A DNA stretch of 64,000 nucleotides from the human T2T-CHM13v2.0 reference genome, Homo sapiens: NCBI RefSeq assembly GCF_009914755.1, contig NC_060925.1; one strand, written 5' to 3'. A program made the translations under genes and the position numbers. This document shows positions 49,370 to 64,000 of the stretch, one piece after another (positions within the stretch are counted from its first letter, which is position 1; every line of letters begins with the position of its first letter). Under the pieces are notes generated by a model, which saw nothing but the letters and a program-made list of their open reading frames with translations, was not told the DNA's origin and did not search any database.

Positions 49370-50001
49370 TGGAACAGGAATTAAAAGAAATTAAAGAATG
49401 TGTAAGCAGAAACTCAGTTGTATGTAAGAAAACCCAATTCCCCCTGAGAAGGAGAAAGAGCTGGAGTCCTTTAAAAATTAACTGCCTGTTTTTCTGTAGC
49501 TAGTGAGCCTTATCTTTCCTCCTTTCCCAGGCATTATGAAGACCTGTTTCTCTAGCTATGCAGCTGCAAGGTCACTAGACAAATAAACTCAAGTCATAAA
49601 ACGTGTTTTTCCTTGAAAAGTAAGAAATGATGTAACGCATGTCTCAATTAATTGAAATCCAGTGTATTACAGTTCTAGTACATCTCACACATATGACCAT
49701 GTTTCAAGTCCTCAGTAGTCATGTATAGATCGTGGCAACCATATTGGACCCTGAAGCCCTAGATCATTTCAGAAATGGAATGGGGCTGGACTAGGGTGGT
49801 GATAATGGTGGTGACAAGGGGTGGTCAGATTATCAATACATTTTGAAGGTGGAAATGACTTTCCAGTGACTTCTGCTGATTTCATAGTTCAGGGCTCAGT
49901 CCTTTGAATGTTAATCCAACTGGACCGGTTCACCTAAATAATTAATAAATATCCTCCTCAACCCCATTGGTCTCTCTTATTTTTTAAAATATCCCGCTAC
50001 A
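49370..50001 (+). mobile_element. ERV1 solo LTR (LTR15-like) carrying an internal foreign insertion
   Basis: TGGAACAGGAATTAAAAG ... AATAAA ... CCCGCTACA; 4-bp TSD GAGG (49366-49369 and 50002-50005). Confidence 0.75.
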
Positions 50002-50356
50002 GAGGGAGCAGCCACGGGAGGGTCTACCAGAGCCCAAGGCTCTGCCCCTGCTGCCTCTTCTGTGTGTATCTTGATGTTCCCACTAAACAGGGACTGGGGC
50101 TGACTTCTGATTTCATGCTCCCCATCAGTGCCAGACCTAACTTTAGTGGTTGGTTGGAGGAGTCAGGGGTTGGAGGACAGGGAGGTTTCCAGTGACTTCC
50201 GCTGATCAGATTGAATTGCACTTTTCACCAGGGCCCAACAGCTGTCCCTGAGGCCATGCTTCTTCATATTTTCCCTGGGGCCAGTTATAGAGAGTCAAGC
50301 CAACAGACTTATCAATTTCCACACATTTATTCATTTAAGAAATGTTTATCAAACAT

Positions 50357-50745
50357 TGTCCTAGTGTCCTCATGCTACTATAACAAAATATAGAATGGAT
50401 AATTTATAAACAACACAAATTTATTTCCCACAGTTCTGGAGGCTGAGAAGTCCAAGATCAAGGTGCTGGCAGGTTCAGGTGCCTGGTGAGGGCTGCTCTC
50501 TGCTTCCAAAATGGCGCCTTGTTGCTGCTTCCTCCAGAGAGGAGGAGCACTGTGTCCTCACATGGTGGAAGGTTTAAAAGGGGAAAACTTGCCTCCTCAA
50601 GCCCTTTCATAATGCATCAACCCATTCAAAAGGGTGGAGGCATCATGGCCTAATCACCTCCTAAACCCCAACCTCTTAATACTCACATTGGGGATTAAGT
50701 TTCAACATGAATCTCAACAGGAACACAAATATTCAACTCATAGCA
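50357..50745 (-). mobile_element. MaLR MST-type LTR within L2
   Basis: cacagttctggaggctgagaagtccaagatcaaggtgctggcagg. Confidence 0.8.
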
Positions 50746-51379
50746 AACAACCACCTCTTTCCAGGCACTGTGCTTGTGCTAGTGATTCACAGTGATTCAG
50801 CACCTGCTCTTTAACAACCTAGTCCATCAGAGAAGATGAATATTAAACAAATAATCATGGCCATGGATCCAGAATCACAAAAGAAGACAAGAGCACCAAA
50901 GGAGAGCAGCATGGTCCTACGGTACTGTTAAACAAAGAACCTGGCCTGGACTAGTGTGGAGAGTCTAGTCAGGGAAGTCTCCCCTGACCCTATGTTGGAC
51001 AGGGCATAATACTCTTCTCCCTGGTCACTTGCTCCTTGTTCTTCCCAACTCCTTTCCATCCCTTTCCTTCTTTAAGAAAACTAAAGAGAGTGTTTCTCAC
51101 TATCCCATGCCCACAGACATGCAAATTCTATATCATTTCCCCCCTTTCAAAGTTCTGCCCCAAATTTTATGACCATGTGTCCACTCTTTCAGGTAGCCTA
51201 ACTGGCCCCAGTGCACCCCCAAAGCTGGGTCACTCTCTATTCTCCCACAACATCGTATACTTACTTCTGCCAAAACATATATGACATGGCATAGGGATTC
51301 CTCCCGATTCAGGCCTTCCGCAATCAGAGATGAACATTTAAGCCAAGGACTTCTTCTTTCATCTCTGTATCCCTAGCAT

Positions 51380-52760
51380 CCAGACCAGTGTCTTAGGGGA
51401 AAACTTTTGGAGTAATCCTTGATTTTTCAATTTCCACCTTCAAAATGTATTGATAATCTGACCACCCCTTGTCACCACCATTACCACCACCCTAGTCCAG
51501 CCTCATTCCATCTCTGAAACGATCTAGGGCTTCGGGGTCCAGTATGGTTGCCATGATCTATACATGACTACTGAGCACTTGAAACATGGTCATATGTGAA
51601 TCTTTGGATTTCAAAGTCTTAAAATGAAAGAAAAGAATGTAAACTATCTCAACAATAATTTTATATAGCTGAAGTAATAATATTTTAGATCTATTAGGTT
51701 AACCAAATGTTATTAAAATTAATTCCCCTTTATTTTTACTTTTTTAAATATGGTTTCTAGTAAAGTTTAAGTTATACATATTATATTTCTCTTAGACAGG
51801 ATTGCCCTGGGGAATCTCTTCTTAGCTGATCTCTTAGCTTCCATGCTTGCCTGTGCTCTATAATCTGTTCTCCACGAAAGCAGCCAAAGTAATCCTTCAA
51901 AGCATAAATAGAATCATTTCGCTCCCCTGGTCAAAACCCCCCAGTGTCTCCTTAGCACATTTAGAATAAAGTCTAAAGTCCTCCCCATGGTCTATAAGCT
52001 GCTGTTATCTGCTTCCTGATACCTACAGGCTCATATTCCCCACCACTCCCCATTTCAGTCACTGTACTCCAGGTATACTGGCTTCTGTGCTACTCTTTGA
52101 GCAGGTCAGGTATGTGCCCACCAAGAGCCTTGGCTACTCACTGCCAGGAACTCTTGGCCTCTAGATAGCTGCAAGTCACTCTTCTTCATTTCTTTCAGAT
52201 TTCTGCTCAAATGTATACCCTGACCACCCCATCGAAACCAACATCACCTTCCTTCCCTTTCCACCCCAACTCTACTTCTCTACTTTAGTTTTCTTCATAT
52301 AACTTATCATTAACTACTATTGTATCAATATGATCACACCATGTCATATCATATTATATTATATCATATATACACATATATATGTATATATCATATATAT
52401 ACATATATATATGTTTAAAGACATATATATATGTGTGTGTATATATATATGTGTTTAAAGACAGGATCTTTCTATGTTGCCCAGGCTGGAATGCAATAGC
52501 TATTCACAAGTGTAATCATAGCACACTACGGCCTCAAACTCTTGGACTCAAGCAATCCTCTCGCCCCAGCCTCCTGAGTACTGGAACTACAGGCACATGC
52601 CATGATGGCCAGCCATACAATATATTTTTATTTGCTTGTCTATTTATTTATTTTCTATTCTCTCCCAAATAATATGCAAGCTCTAAGAGGACAAGGACTT
52701 TGTGTCTTTGGTCTCTGATGCTCAGAGAATATTTGTTGAGTGAGTGAATGAATGAATGAA
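51380..52760 (+). mobile_element. L2 with nested MER33/MER3-like element (~51527-51790), (TA)n and a FLAM/AluJ monomer (~52455-52615)
   Basis: L2 motifs and (TGAA)n tail at 52740-52760. Confidence 0.65.
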
Positions 52761-52948
52761 TGGTGGACATTCAATAAATAATTCGATAAATAAATAATTG
52801 GTGATCAAATGAACAAATGGGGCAGGAGTTCTAAGGGATCTAAATCAGACTGCCAGAAGAGCAGGGGTAAGGTGTGATCAAGTTTGGGAACCGCAGGCAT
52901 GGAAAGAAAAAAGTTCACAGACACTATTCAGAACTTTTCGTGAGTGTG

Positions 52949-52954
52949 TTTATT
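52949..52954 (-). terminator. S100A12 poly(A) signal AATAAA
   Basis: tttatt ~100 nt past the stop. Confidence 0.85.
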
Positions 52955-53050
52955 AACTCTTACTCCCCACGGGCAAGGCTGGGTTTTGGTGAGGGAAAGA
53001 AAAGACCCTCATTGAGGACATTGCTGGGTAAAAAGCCTTCAGAGAGCTAC

Positions 53051-53816
53051 CTACTCTTTGTGGGTGTGGTAATGGGCAGCCTTCAGCGCAATGGCTACCA
53101 GGGATATGAATTCTTGAAAGTCGACCTGTTCATCTTGATTAGCATCCAGGCCTTGGAATATTTCATCAATGACAGCTTTATCTTTGATATTCTAGGAAAA
53201 AAGGACAACAGAGACCTTGAGTTCAGAACCTCCACACAAGACCCTTTCTTAGGCCTCTTATCCCTCAGAGCTCGGGTTGTGAAGGCCCAGGCACATTAAC
53301 TCATTAGCCAACACTGTGTTGGAGAATCCAGTGTAACAAAACAGAGAACACAATGGTCATGAACCACCCTGGAATTAACAAGGCTTGACCTGGAAGGTAC
53401 TCTTCTGCTCACTCATTCAACCCCTCCCGTGCCCTGCCTCTCTCCATTTTACATATGAGGAAACAGACTCAGAGAGAGGAACTGAGTAGAGCCTTAAGTG
53501 AGTTATTGAGAGAGGGAAGCAAAGGACCTCTCCCACAGCAGCGGGGAGAGCATCCTTTGGGAGCTCAAACTGGGGCCAACCCCACCCCAGTCCTTGTCCC
53601 ACCATCCTCTGCCAGGCCTTGCCACTCCCCTCAGTGCAGGGTCATGGGCAAGTTTGCAGTGAGAGGGGCATCACCTACCTTGATGGTGTTTGCAAGCTCC
53701 TTTGTAAGCAGCTGCTTCAGCTCACCCTTAGAGAGGGTGTCAAAATGCCCCTTCCGAACTGAGTATTGGTGGAAGATATTGACAATTCCCTCCAGATGCT
53801 CTTCAAGTTTTGTCAT
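53051..53816 (-). CDS. S100A12: S100 calcium-binding protein A12 (calgranulin C/EN-RAGE): join complement(53679..53816, 53051..53191), 92 aa
   Basis: [46 protein letters not shown]|[46 protein letters not shown]; canonical junctions. Confidence 0.99.
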
Positions 53817-54043
53817 CTTCCCAGCCTAATGTTAACCTTCAAGGAAACAAGGGAAGTCTAGAGGCAGTTTCTCCCCCACCCCTCAACCTCCACTCTCCCC
53901 TCTCTTTCTGAATCAAGGGCCTAAAGAAAACATAACATCCTCCATATCTATTTTGTGGTCTCTGCTCTGTTTGATCCATGGTGAACTTCTCATGTGTGGA
54001 TAGGATGGGGAGGAGAAAACATATAATACTGTCTAACGTCTAA

Positions 54044-54571
<528 letters not shown>

Positions 54572-54775
54572 TGCTTAGCCATTCTTAAATCATGGGACTG
54601 AGTCTACATAGCACAACAAGAGCTGATCTACTTGGGTCCAAAATGCAATATCACCCCAGAGGTGCTCAGGCAAGTGGAGGGTTGTGGTTTCCAACACCTT
54701 GTGATTTCAAAGTGGTCACCTGCAGTCACTACCCTGTGGACCACCTAAGAACCCATCCAAGGAAAATGCACTTAC

Positions 54776-54823
54776 CCCTCAATGCACAGGAATGTGGAGC
54801 TACAGCAAAAAGCCAGCAGTGGT
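54776..54823 (-). other. S100A12: S100A12 non-coding exon 1 (exon 2 acceptor at 53836)
   Basis: Donor GAGGG|gtaagt at 54775; lies ~25-30 nt from the TATA box. Confidence 0.85.
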
Positions 54824-54846
54824 GAAGGGCACTGAGCCAAGGAAGG

Positions 54847-54940
54847 TTTTATAATCAGTTCAGGCTTCATCTTAGCCCTTGGGTGAAGAAATCTCTGATT
54901 CATCTTGAGGCAATTTATGTAAAGTACTCTGTTGCTCAAT
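54847..54940 (-). promoter_or_regulatory. S100A12 promoter: TATAAAA (54853-54847) and a cluster of C/EBP-like sites (54905-54914, 54915-54922, 54932-54940)
   Basis: ttttata; TTGAGGCAAT, TTATGTAA, TTGCTCAAT. Confidence 0.75.
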
Positions 54941-55445
54941 AGAAGCTTCAAACCTGTGGCTTAGGCTGCCACAGGAGCAGCCCAGATTGTACCCAGACTG
55001 AATTTTGCCCTCCTGCTCAGCCTGAAACAAAATCACCCCCACTCCACCCACCCGCACAGGGGTGCCCTGAACCTTTTTTAGCCCTGAGCCAGGGCCCAGG
55101 TTTCAGGTTTAGCTCTACTCCACTGCTCCCTAATAAAAGACTAGGAGAACAAACTTTACAGCCTGAGTGTCTTGTTTTAACAGATGAGGTTACCAGCTCT
55201 TCAGTTTTGGCAAATGGAATATCAACTTAAAGATCTTTATGCAGCTAAGGAGATAGGTAGGGAGACCTCCTCCTAAGTCGTTCTGGGATGCAAAGTTCAT
55301 CACTGGAGCAGAGGATCAGTTTTCAAAATAGATTCCAAGGTTTTCAAAAAAGGAGAGAGCAATGCTACTATGCCTCCCCTTTGCTTTCCCAACTTTCTAA
55401 CTTGGCTGTTACAAAGACCTAGAAAGCTGGAGTAGGGTAATCATT

Positions 55446-55779
55446 GTGTGTGAAGAAAGTTCACCATGCCTAGGTTACTTTACCATGTTCATGAGTTCAG
55501 TAAGACAGAACATTCACACGAGTTTTAGTAAAGCAACTTTATTACTCACAGAGAGGCAGCAAGGGACAACAGATGCCCAGGATTCATGGAGAGGTGGTCC
55601 TTCAAGATTCAGAAACCTGCCCAAAATGGATTAAGTCTCATCTGTACATTCCCCATGTCGCACCAAAGCTAAGGGACATCCAAAAGCACTCTGCCCTTGG
55701 TTTATGCCTAGAGGTCAATAAGATTGCTGAGCAATCAAGGCCATGCCAGAACCTGTGCTGCCATCTACCCCACAACACA
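55446..55779 (-). mobile_element. 3' LTR of an ancient env-bearing ERV
   Basis: On the - strand: polypurine tract AAGGGGGATA, then TG...AATAAA (55543-55538)...CA. Confidence 0.6.
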
Positions 55780-55971
55780 GATATCCCCCTTAGCAAAGCT
55801 AGTTCATTTCATGTGCCCACCGACCTCTCTGGATCTGGAGGCAAAAGTCTGTCTCTCCGATCCATGTGTCACCTTGACTGACACAATCTCAGTGCAACAT
55901 TGTTAAGCCATTGACAGTATTTGTTTCACTAGGCCCAGGAGGACACCACCAGAGCAGGATGATCAGGCTTG

Positions 55972-56644
55972 TGTAAATCAATGACAATGACCAAGGTGAA
56001 TCTCAATCATTTTAGGAGGTTTATTTGGCCAAAGTTAAGGATGCGTGCCCAGAGGTAGGTCTACGTCTTTCTCCAAAGATGATTTTGAGGGCTTCAATAT
56101 TTGAAGGAGAAACAGTGGATATTGGGGGAAGAGGAAGAAATATTTTTTAAATGTGTCAGTAGATAAGAGACAAGTGATTGCATCCTTTTGAGTCTTTGAT
56201 CAATCTTTCACTGAATACACAATTTTCATGTGGGAGCGGAGTAGAGGAAATAGTCACTTATGCCTTCATCTGGCTCAGTGAATCTGCATTTTTACATAAG
56301 ATAACAAAAATAGGGGAGAGGAAGCAATCAGATATGGATTTGTCTTGGGTGAGCAGAGGGATGACTTTATGTTCTGCCCTTTGTCCCACACCTGTGAAGA
56401 TAAGCTGTCAATTACACTGCCAGGGTGAAATTCAATAGAACTGTTTTAGGGTAAAGATCTTGAGGCTCACAAGGAATTTCCTTGTGGGCAAGTTGTGAGA
56501 TTGGTGTATGGCTTTTTATCTTTGTAGCTATCTTATTTAGAAACCAACCTGGGTGGGGGCAGGCTTGCATGACCCATTTCCCAGCTTGACTTTTCCCTCT
56601 GGCTTAGTAAGTTTGGGATCCTGAGATGTTTTTTTTTTTTCACA
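55972..56644 (-). mobile_element. MER4-type ERV1 solo LTR
   Basis: - strand starts TGTGAAA...CCCAAACTTACTAAGCCAGAGGGAAAAGTCAAGCTGGG. Confidence 0.8.
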
Positions 56645-56703
56645 TCTGCCTGGAGAAGGGACTAGCCCAGGATCCCAGCCATCCAGGCAAGAGGTTGCTA
56701 AAT

Positions 56704-56941
56704 GCGGATCACGAGGTCAGGAGATCGAGACCATCCTGGCTAAGATGGTGAAACCCCATCTCTACTAAAAATACAAAAAATTAGCCAGGCATGGTGGCAG
56801 GCACCTGTAGTCCCAGATACTCAGGAGGCTGAGGCAGGAGAATGGCGTGAACCCACAAGGCGGAGCTTGCAGTGAACCGAGATCGCGCCACTGCACTCCA
56901 GCCTGGGCAACAGAGTGAGACTCCCTCTCAAAAAAAAAAAA
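56704..56941 (+). mobile_element. 5'-truncated AluY
   Basis: gatcacgaggtcaggagatcgagaccatcctggctaa; poly(A). Confidence 0.9.
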
Positions 56942-57840
56942 TAGAAATCAAAAAAGCAGGAACACAGCCTCACATACAAATATTAACCTCCAATGTGAAT
57001 GGCCTAAACACTGCACTTAAAACACATACCTTGGCAAATTCGATTTAAAAACAAGACCCATCCTTCTGCTGTCTTCAAGCACCTGTCTCATGTGTAATGA
57101 CACCTGTAGATTCAAAGTAAAGGGATGGAGAAAGATCTATCATGCAAACAGAAAACAAAAAAGAGCAGAGGTTGCTATTCTTGAATCAGATCCGATAGAC
57201 TGTAAGCCAACAACAGTAAAAAAGGATAAAGAAGGGCATTACATAGTGATAAAGGGTTCGATTTAACAAGAAAATTTAACCATCCTAAATAAATACACAC
57301 CCAACACTGGAGCACCCAGATTTATAAAATAAGTACTTCTGCATCTAAGAAAAGATTTTGGCAGCCACACAATAATAGCAGGGGACAACACCCCACTGAC
57401 ATCAGTAGACAAATCATCAAGGCAGAAAACTAACAAAGAAATTATGGACTTAAATTTGACACTTGACCAATTAGACTTAATAGACATCTATAGAACAATG
57501 CACCCAACAACCACAGAATATATATTATTTTCATCTGCACATGGAACATACTCTAAGATCAACCACATGCTCAGTCATAAGGCAAATCTCAATAAATTCA
57601 AAAAAATCAAAATCATACCAAGAATCTTGGACCGCAGTGGAATAAAAATAGAAATCAATACCAAGAGGAACTCTCAAAACCACACAAATAAATGGAAACT
57701 AAACAACTTGTTCCTGACTTTTGGTTAAACAACAAAATTAAGGCAGAAATCAAAAAATTCTTTGAAACATACAAAAATAGAGACACAACACAACATATCA
57801 AAACATCTGGAATGTAGCAAAAGTAGTGTTAAGAGGGAAT

Positions 57841-60194
<2,354 letters not shown>

Positions 60195-60232
60195 AAGAGG
60201 GAATTTTATAGCGCTAAATGCCTATATCAAGC

Positions 60233-60400
60233 GGGGTGGGAGGAGGGGGGAGAGATAGCATTAGGAGATATACCTAATGTAAATGACGAGTTAATGGGTG
60301 CAGCACACCAACATGGCACATGTATACATATGTAACAAACCTGCACATTGTGCACATGTACCCTAGAACTTAAAGTATAATAAAAAATATATATATATAA
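60233..60400 (+). mobile_element. Short 3' end of a younger L1PA (L1PA3-5-like)
   Basis: gatagcattaggagatatacctaatgtaaatgacgag...ccctagaacttaaagtataataaaaaa. Confidence 0.88.
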
Positions 60401-63400
60401 AGAAGATATTAATAGAAAGATCTCAAATTAACAACCCAACCTCCACCTAAAGTAATTAGAAAAACAAGAACAACTAAGCTCAAAGCTAGCAGAAGAAAAG
60501 AAGTAACTAAAATAAGAGCAGAACTAAGTGAATTGAGACCCAAAAAGCCATACAAAGGATCAGTGAAAGGAAAACTTGCTTTTTTGAAAGGATAAACAAG
60601 ATTGATAGACCATTAGCTAGATTAACAAAGAAAACGAGAGAAGATCGAAATAAACACAATCAGAAATGACAAAGGTGACATTACAACCGATTCCACAGAA
60701 ATACAAGAGATCCTCAGAGATATGAACCTCTCTATGAGTACAAACTAGAAAATCTAGAGGAAATCAATACATTCCTGGAAACACAACCTCCCAAGACTGA
60801 GTCAAGAAGAAATAGAATTTCTGAACAGACCAATAACAAGTAATGAAAATAAATCAGTAATAAAACACCTACCAACAATAGCAACAACAAAAAACCCTGT
60901 ATCAGACGGATTCATAGTCAAATTCTACTAGATCTACAAAGAAGACCTGGTATCAATCCTAAAGAAACTATTACAAAAAATCAAGGAGGGACTCCTCCCT
61001 AACTCATTCTATGAAACCAATATCCTCATGACACCAAAATTTGGCAAAGGCACAACAAAAAAAGAAAACTACAGACCAATATCCCTGATGAGCATAGACA
61101 TAAAACTCTTCAACAAAATACTAGAAAACCAAATACAGCAGCATATCAAAAAGTTGATTTCCCAAATAAGTGGGCTTTATTCCTGGAATGCAGGGATGGT
61201 TCAACATATGCAAATAAATACATGTGATTCACCACATAAACAGAATTAAAAACAAAAACTATATGATCATCTCAATCAATGCAGAAAAGCATTCAATAAA
61301 AATTCAACATTTCTTCATGATGAAAGCTCTCAATAAAATAGACATCAAAGAAACATACCTCAAAATAATAAGAGCCATCTATGACAAACCCACAGTTGAC
61401 ATCATACTGAATAAGCATAAGTTAGGTGCATTCTGCCTAAGAACTGGAACAAGACAAGGATGTCTACTCTCACTATTCCTATTCAACATAGTACTGAAAG
61501 TCCTAGCCAGAGCAATTAGACATGAGAAAGAGATAAAAGGAACCCAAATTGAAAAAGAGCGAATTACTTCTTTTCACTGACAATATGATTCTATGTCCAG
61601 AAAACTCTAAAGATTCTTCCAAAAGACTCCTAGACCTGATAAACAACTTCAGCAAATCTCAGAAAACAAAATCAACATAGAAAAATCAGTAGCATTTCTA
61701 TACACCAATAATATTCAAGCTGAGAACCAAATCAAAGATGCAATTCCATTTACAACAGCCACACACAAAAAATAAAATACCTAAGAAAATATCTAACCAG
61801 CAAAGTGAAAGACCTCTACAAAAAGAACTACAAAACACTGCTACAAGAAATCATAGATGACACAAACAAATGAAAAAGCATGCCATGCTCATGGATTGGA
61901 AGAATTGATATAGTTAATAAGTCCACATTGCCCAAAGCAATCTATAGATTCAATGCTATTCCTATCAAATTACCAAGGTCATTTTTCACACAACTTTACA
62001 AAACTCGTCTAAAATTCATATAGAAGCAAAAAGAGCACAAATAGCCAAAGCAATCTTAAGCAAAAAAGAATATAACCAGAGGTACCACATTACCCAATTT
62101 CAAACTACACTACAAGTCTACAGTAACCAAAACAGCATGGTATTGGTACAAAAATAGACACATAGACCAATGGAACAGCATGGAGACCACTGAAATAAAA
62201 CCACATACCTACAACCAACTGACCTTGAACAAGGCTGGCAAAAATAAACAATGGGGAAAGGAAATCTTATTCAATAAATGGTGCTGGGGAAACTGGCTAA
62301 CCATATGCAGAAGAATGAAACTGGACCCTTACCTCTCACCACATACAAAAATTAACTCAAGATGGATTAAAGACTTAAATGTTAAGACCTTAAACTATTA
62401 AAATCCTGGAAGAAAACCTAGGAAATACTCTTCTAGACATGTTCTAGGCAAAGAATTTATGGTTAAGTCCTCAAACGCAATGCAACAAAAACGAAAACTG
62501 ATATGGGACCTAATTAAACTAAAAAGCTTCCACGCAGTGAAAGAAACTAATAACAGAGTAAACAGACAATCTACAGAATGGGAGGCAATATTCACAAACT
62601 ATGCATCTGACAAAGGGCTAATACCCAGAATCTATAAGGAACTCAAACAACTTAACAAGAAGAAAACAAATAACCCCATTAAAAAGTGGGCATAGAACAT
62701 GAACAGACATTTCTCAAAAAGAAACACAAGTAGCCAACAAACATGCAAAAACTAATCATCAGAGAGATGTGAATCAAAACCACAAGAAATATCATCTCAC
62801 ATCAGTCAGGATGACTATTATTTAAAAGTCAAAAAAATAACAGTTGTTGGCAAGGTTGGAGAGAAAAAGGAATGATTATATACTGTTGGTAGAATGCAAA
62901 TTAGTTCAGCATTTTGGAGATTTCTCAAAGAACTAAAAATAGAATTGCCATTCAACCCATCAATCCCGTTACTGAGTATATACCCAAAGGAAAAGACACC
63001 TGCACTAGTATGTTTATCAAAGCACTATTCACATTAGCAAAGACATGGAATCTACCCAGGTACCTATCAATGGTGGGTTGGATAAAGAAAATGTAGTACA
63101 TATATGTCATATATGTCAATACTATGAAGCATAAAAAAGAACACTATCATGTCCTTTGCAGCAACATGGATGCACCTGGAGGCCATTATGCTAAGTGAAT
63201 TAATGTAGAAACAGAAAACCAAATACCAGAATTTCTCACTTATATGTGAGAGCTAAACACTGAGTACACACAGACAAAAAGATGGGAGTGGTAGACACTG
63301 GGGATTCCAAAAGGAGGGAGGGCAGGAGGGGCACCAGGGTTGAAAAGTTACCTAACAGGTACTATGTTCACTATTTGGGCAATGAGATCATTCGCAGCCC

Positions 63401-63479
63401 AAGCCTCAGCATCATGCAATATACCCATGTAACAAACCTGCACATGTATATCCTGAATCTAAAATAATTTTTTTTTTTT

Positions 63480-64000
63480 ACAAAAAGGCCAAAGAAGGAT
63501 CCTTCAGATGGCCTCACTGTTTGAAACCAACGGGCTGGGTCTGCCTGTGGATCCCTTCCCCTGTGTCTGTACAATCCCTGAGGTGTTTACTCAGGTACAG
63601 CAGGAGGTGTTGGCAACAACCAAAGGCCACTCTGCTCTGCCAGCAGATGATCAGAGGCTGTTCAGGTGTTCATCACCAGCTTAGTTAATGCATTCAGTGA
63701 GTCTCACTGGTCCTAAATAGTCCAGGTGGTAGCATTAGTTGTCACTGACGTAGTCAATGACAAGTTGGGTACCATTTTTCCCAGGGCATGTACACCTATG
63801 CCAAGTAGGAGGACACAGACAGCAAAATGGAATCAGCTATCAGAATGCCTTCCTGGCAGAGTATGTCAGGCAACCTTGCAATGTCAGAAGCCCTTCCAGC
63901 TTACGGTGTCATTTTGCACAAACACTTGAGGACCCCAAATTCCAAAACAGCATGCTCTATCTAAGGGTGACAGGTATTCTGCAGTATATCCCACAAAGGA
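63480..64000 (-). mobile_element. Degenerate retroviral env (TM ectodomain) remnant
   Basis: - strand reads SLNALTKLVMNT*TASDHLLAEQSGL..VANTSCCT*VNTSGIV, an immunosuppressive-domain plus CX6CC-type region. Confidence 0.7.

Noticed and set aside
53039-53053. Readthrough tail for S100A12 analogous to S100A9
   Set aside because: Only three codons (VAL) follow TAG before a TGA.

Overview
Human genomic DNA from the epidermal differentiation complex/S100 cluster (recognised as chr1q21.3 from the protein sequences). It holds three complete innate-immunity genes whose exons I could assemble with canonical GT/AG junctions and consistent phases: PGLYRP4 (- strand, 373 aa, 8 coding exons), S100A9 (+, 114 aa) and S100A12 (-, 92 aa). 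It also holds a LAPTM4B processed pseudogene, a U6-L1 chimeric retroinsertion and many Alu/L1/L2/MIR/LTR/DNA-transposon remnants. The most striking observation is an intact, in-frame 23-codon His/Gly-rich tail (DHSGQDHSGHGHGHSHGGHGHSH*) directly behind the S100A9 stop codon; the repeat register suggests that this TAA arose from CAA. Other notable items: a solo L1 5'UTR with an open ORF0, several short templated/inverted insertions, a triplicated Alu unit, and an env-bearing ERV split by about 7.5 kb of nested insertions, whose 3' LTR lies just upstream of S100A12. Repeat subfamily names are from recognition by eye and need RepeatMasker/Dfam confirmation.
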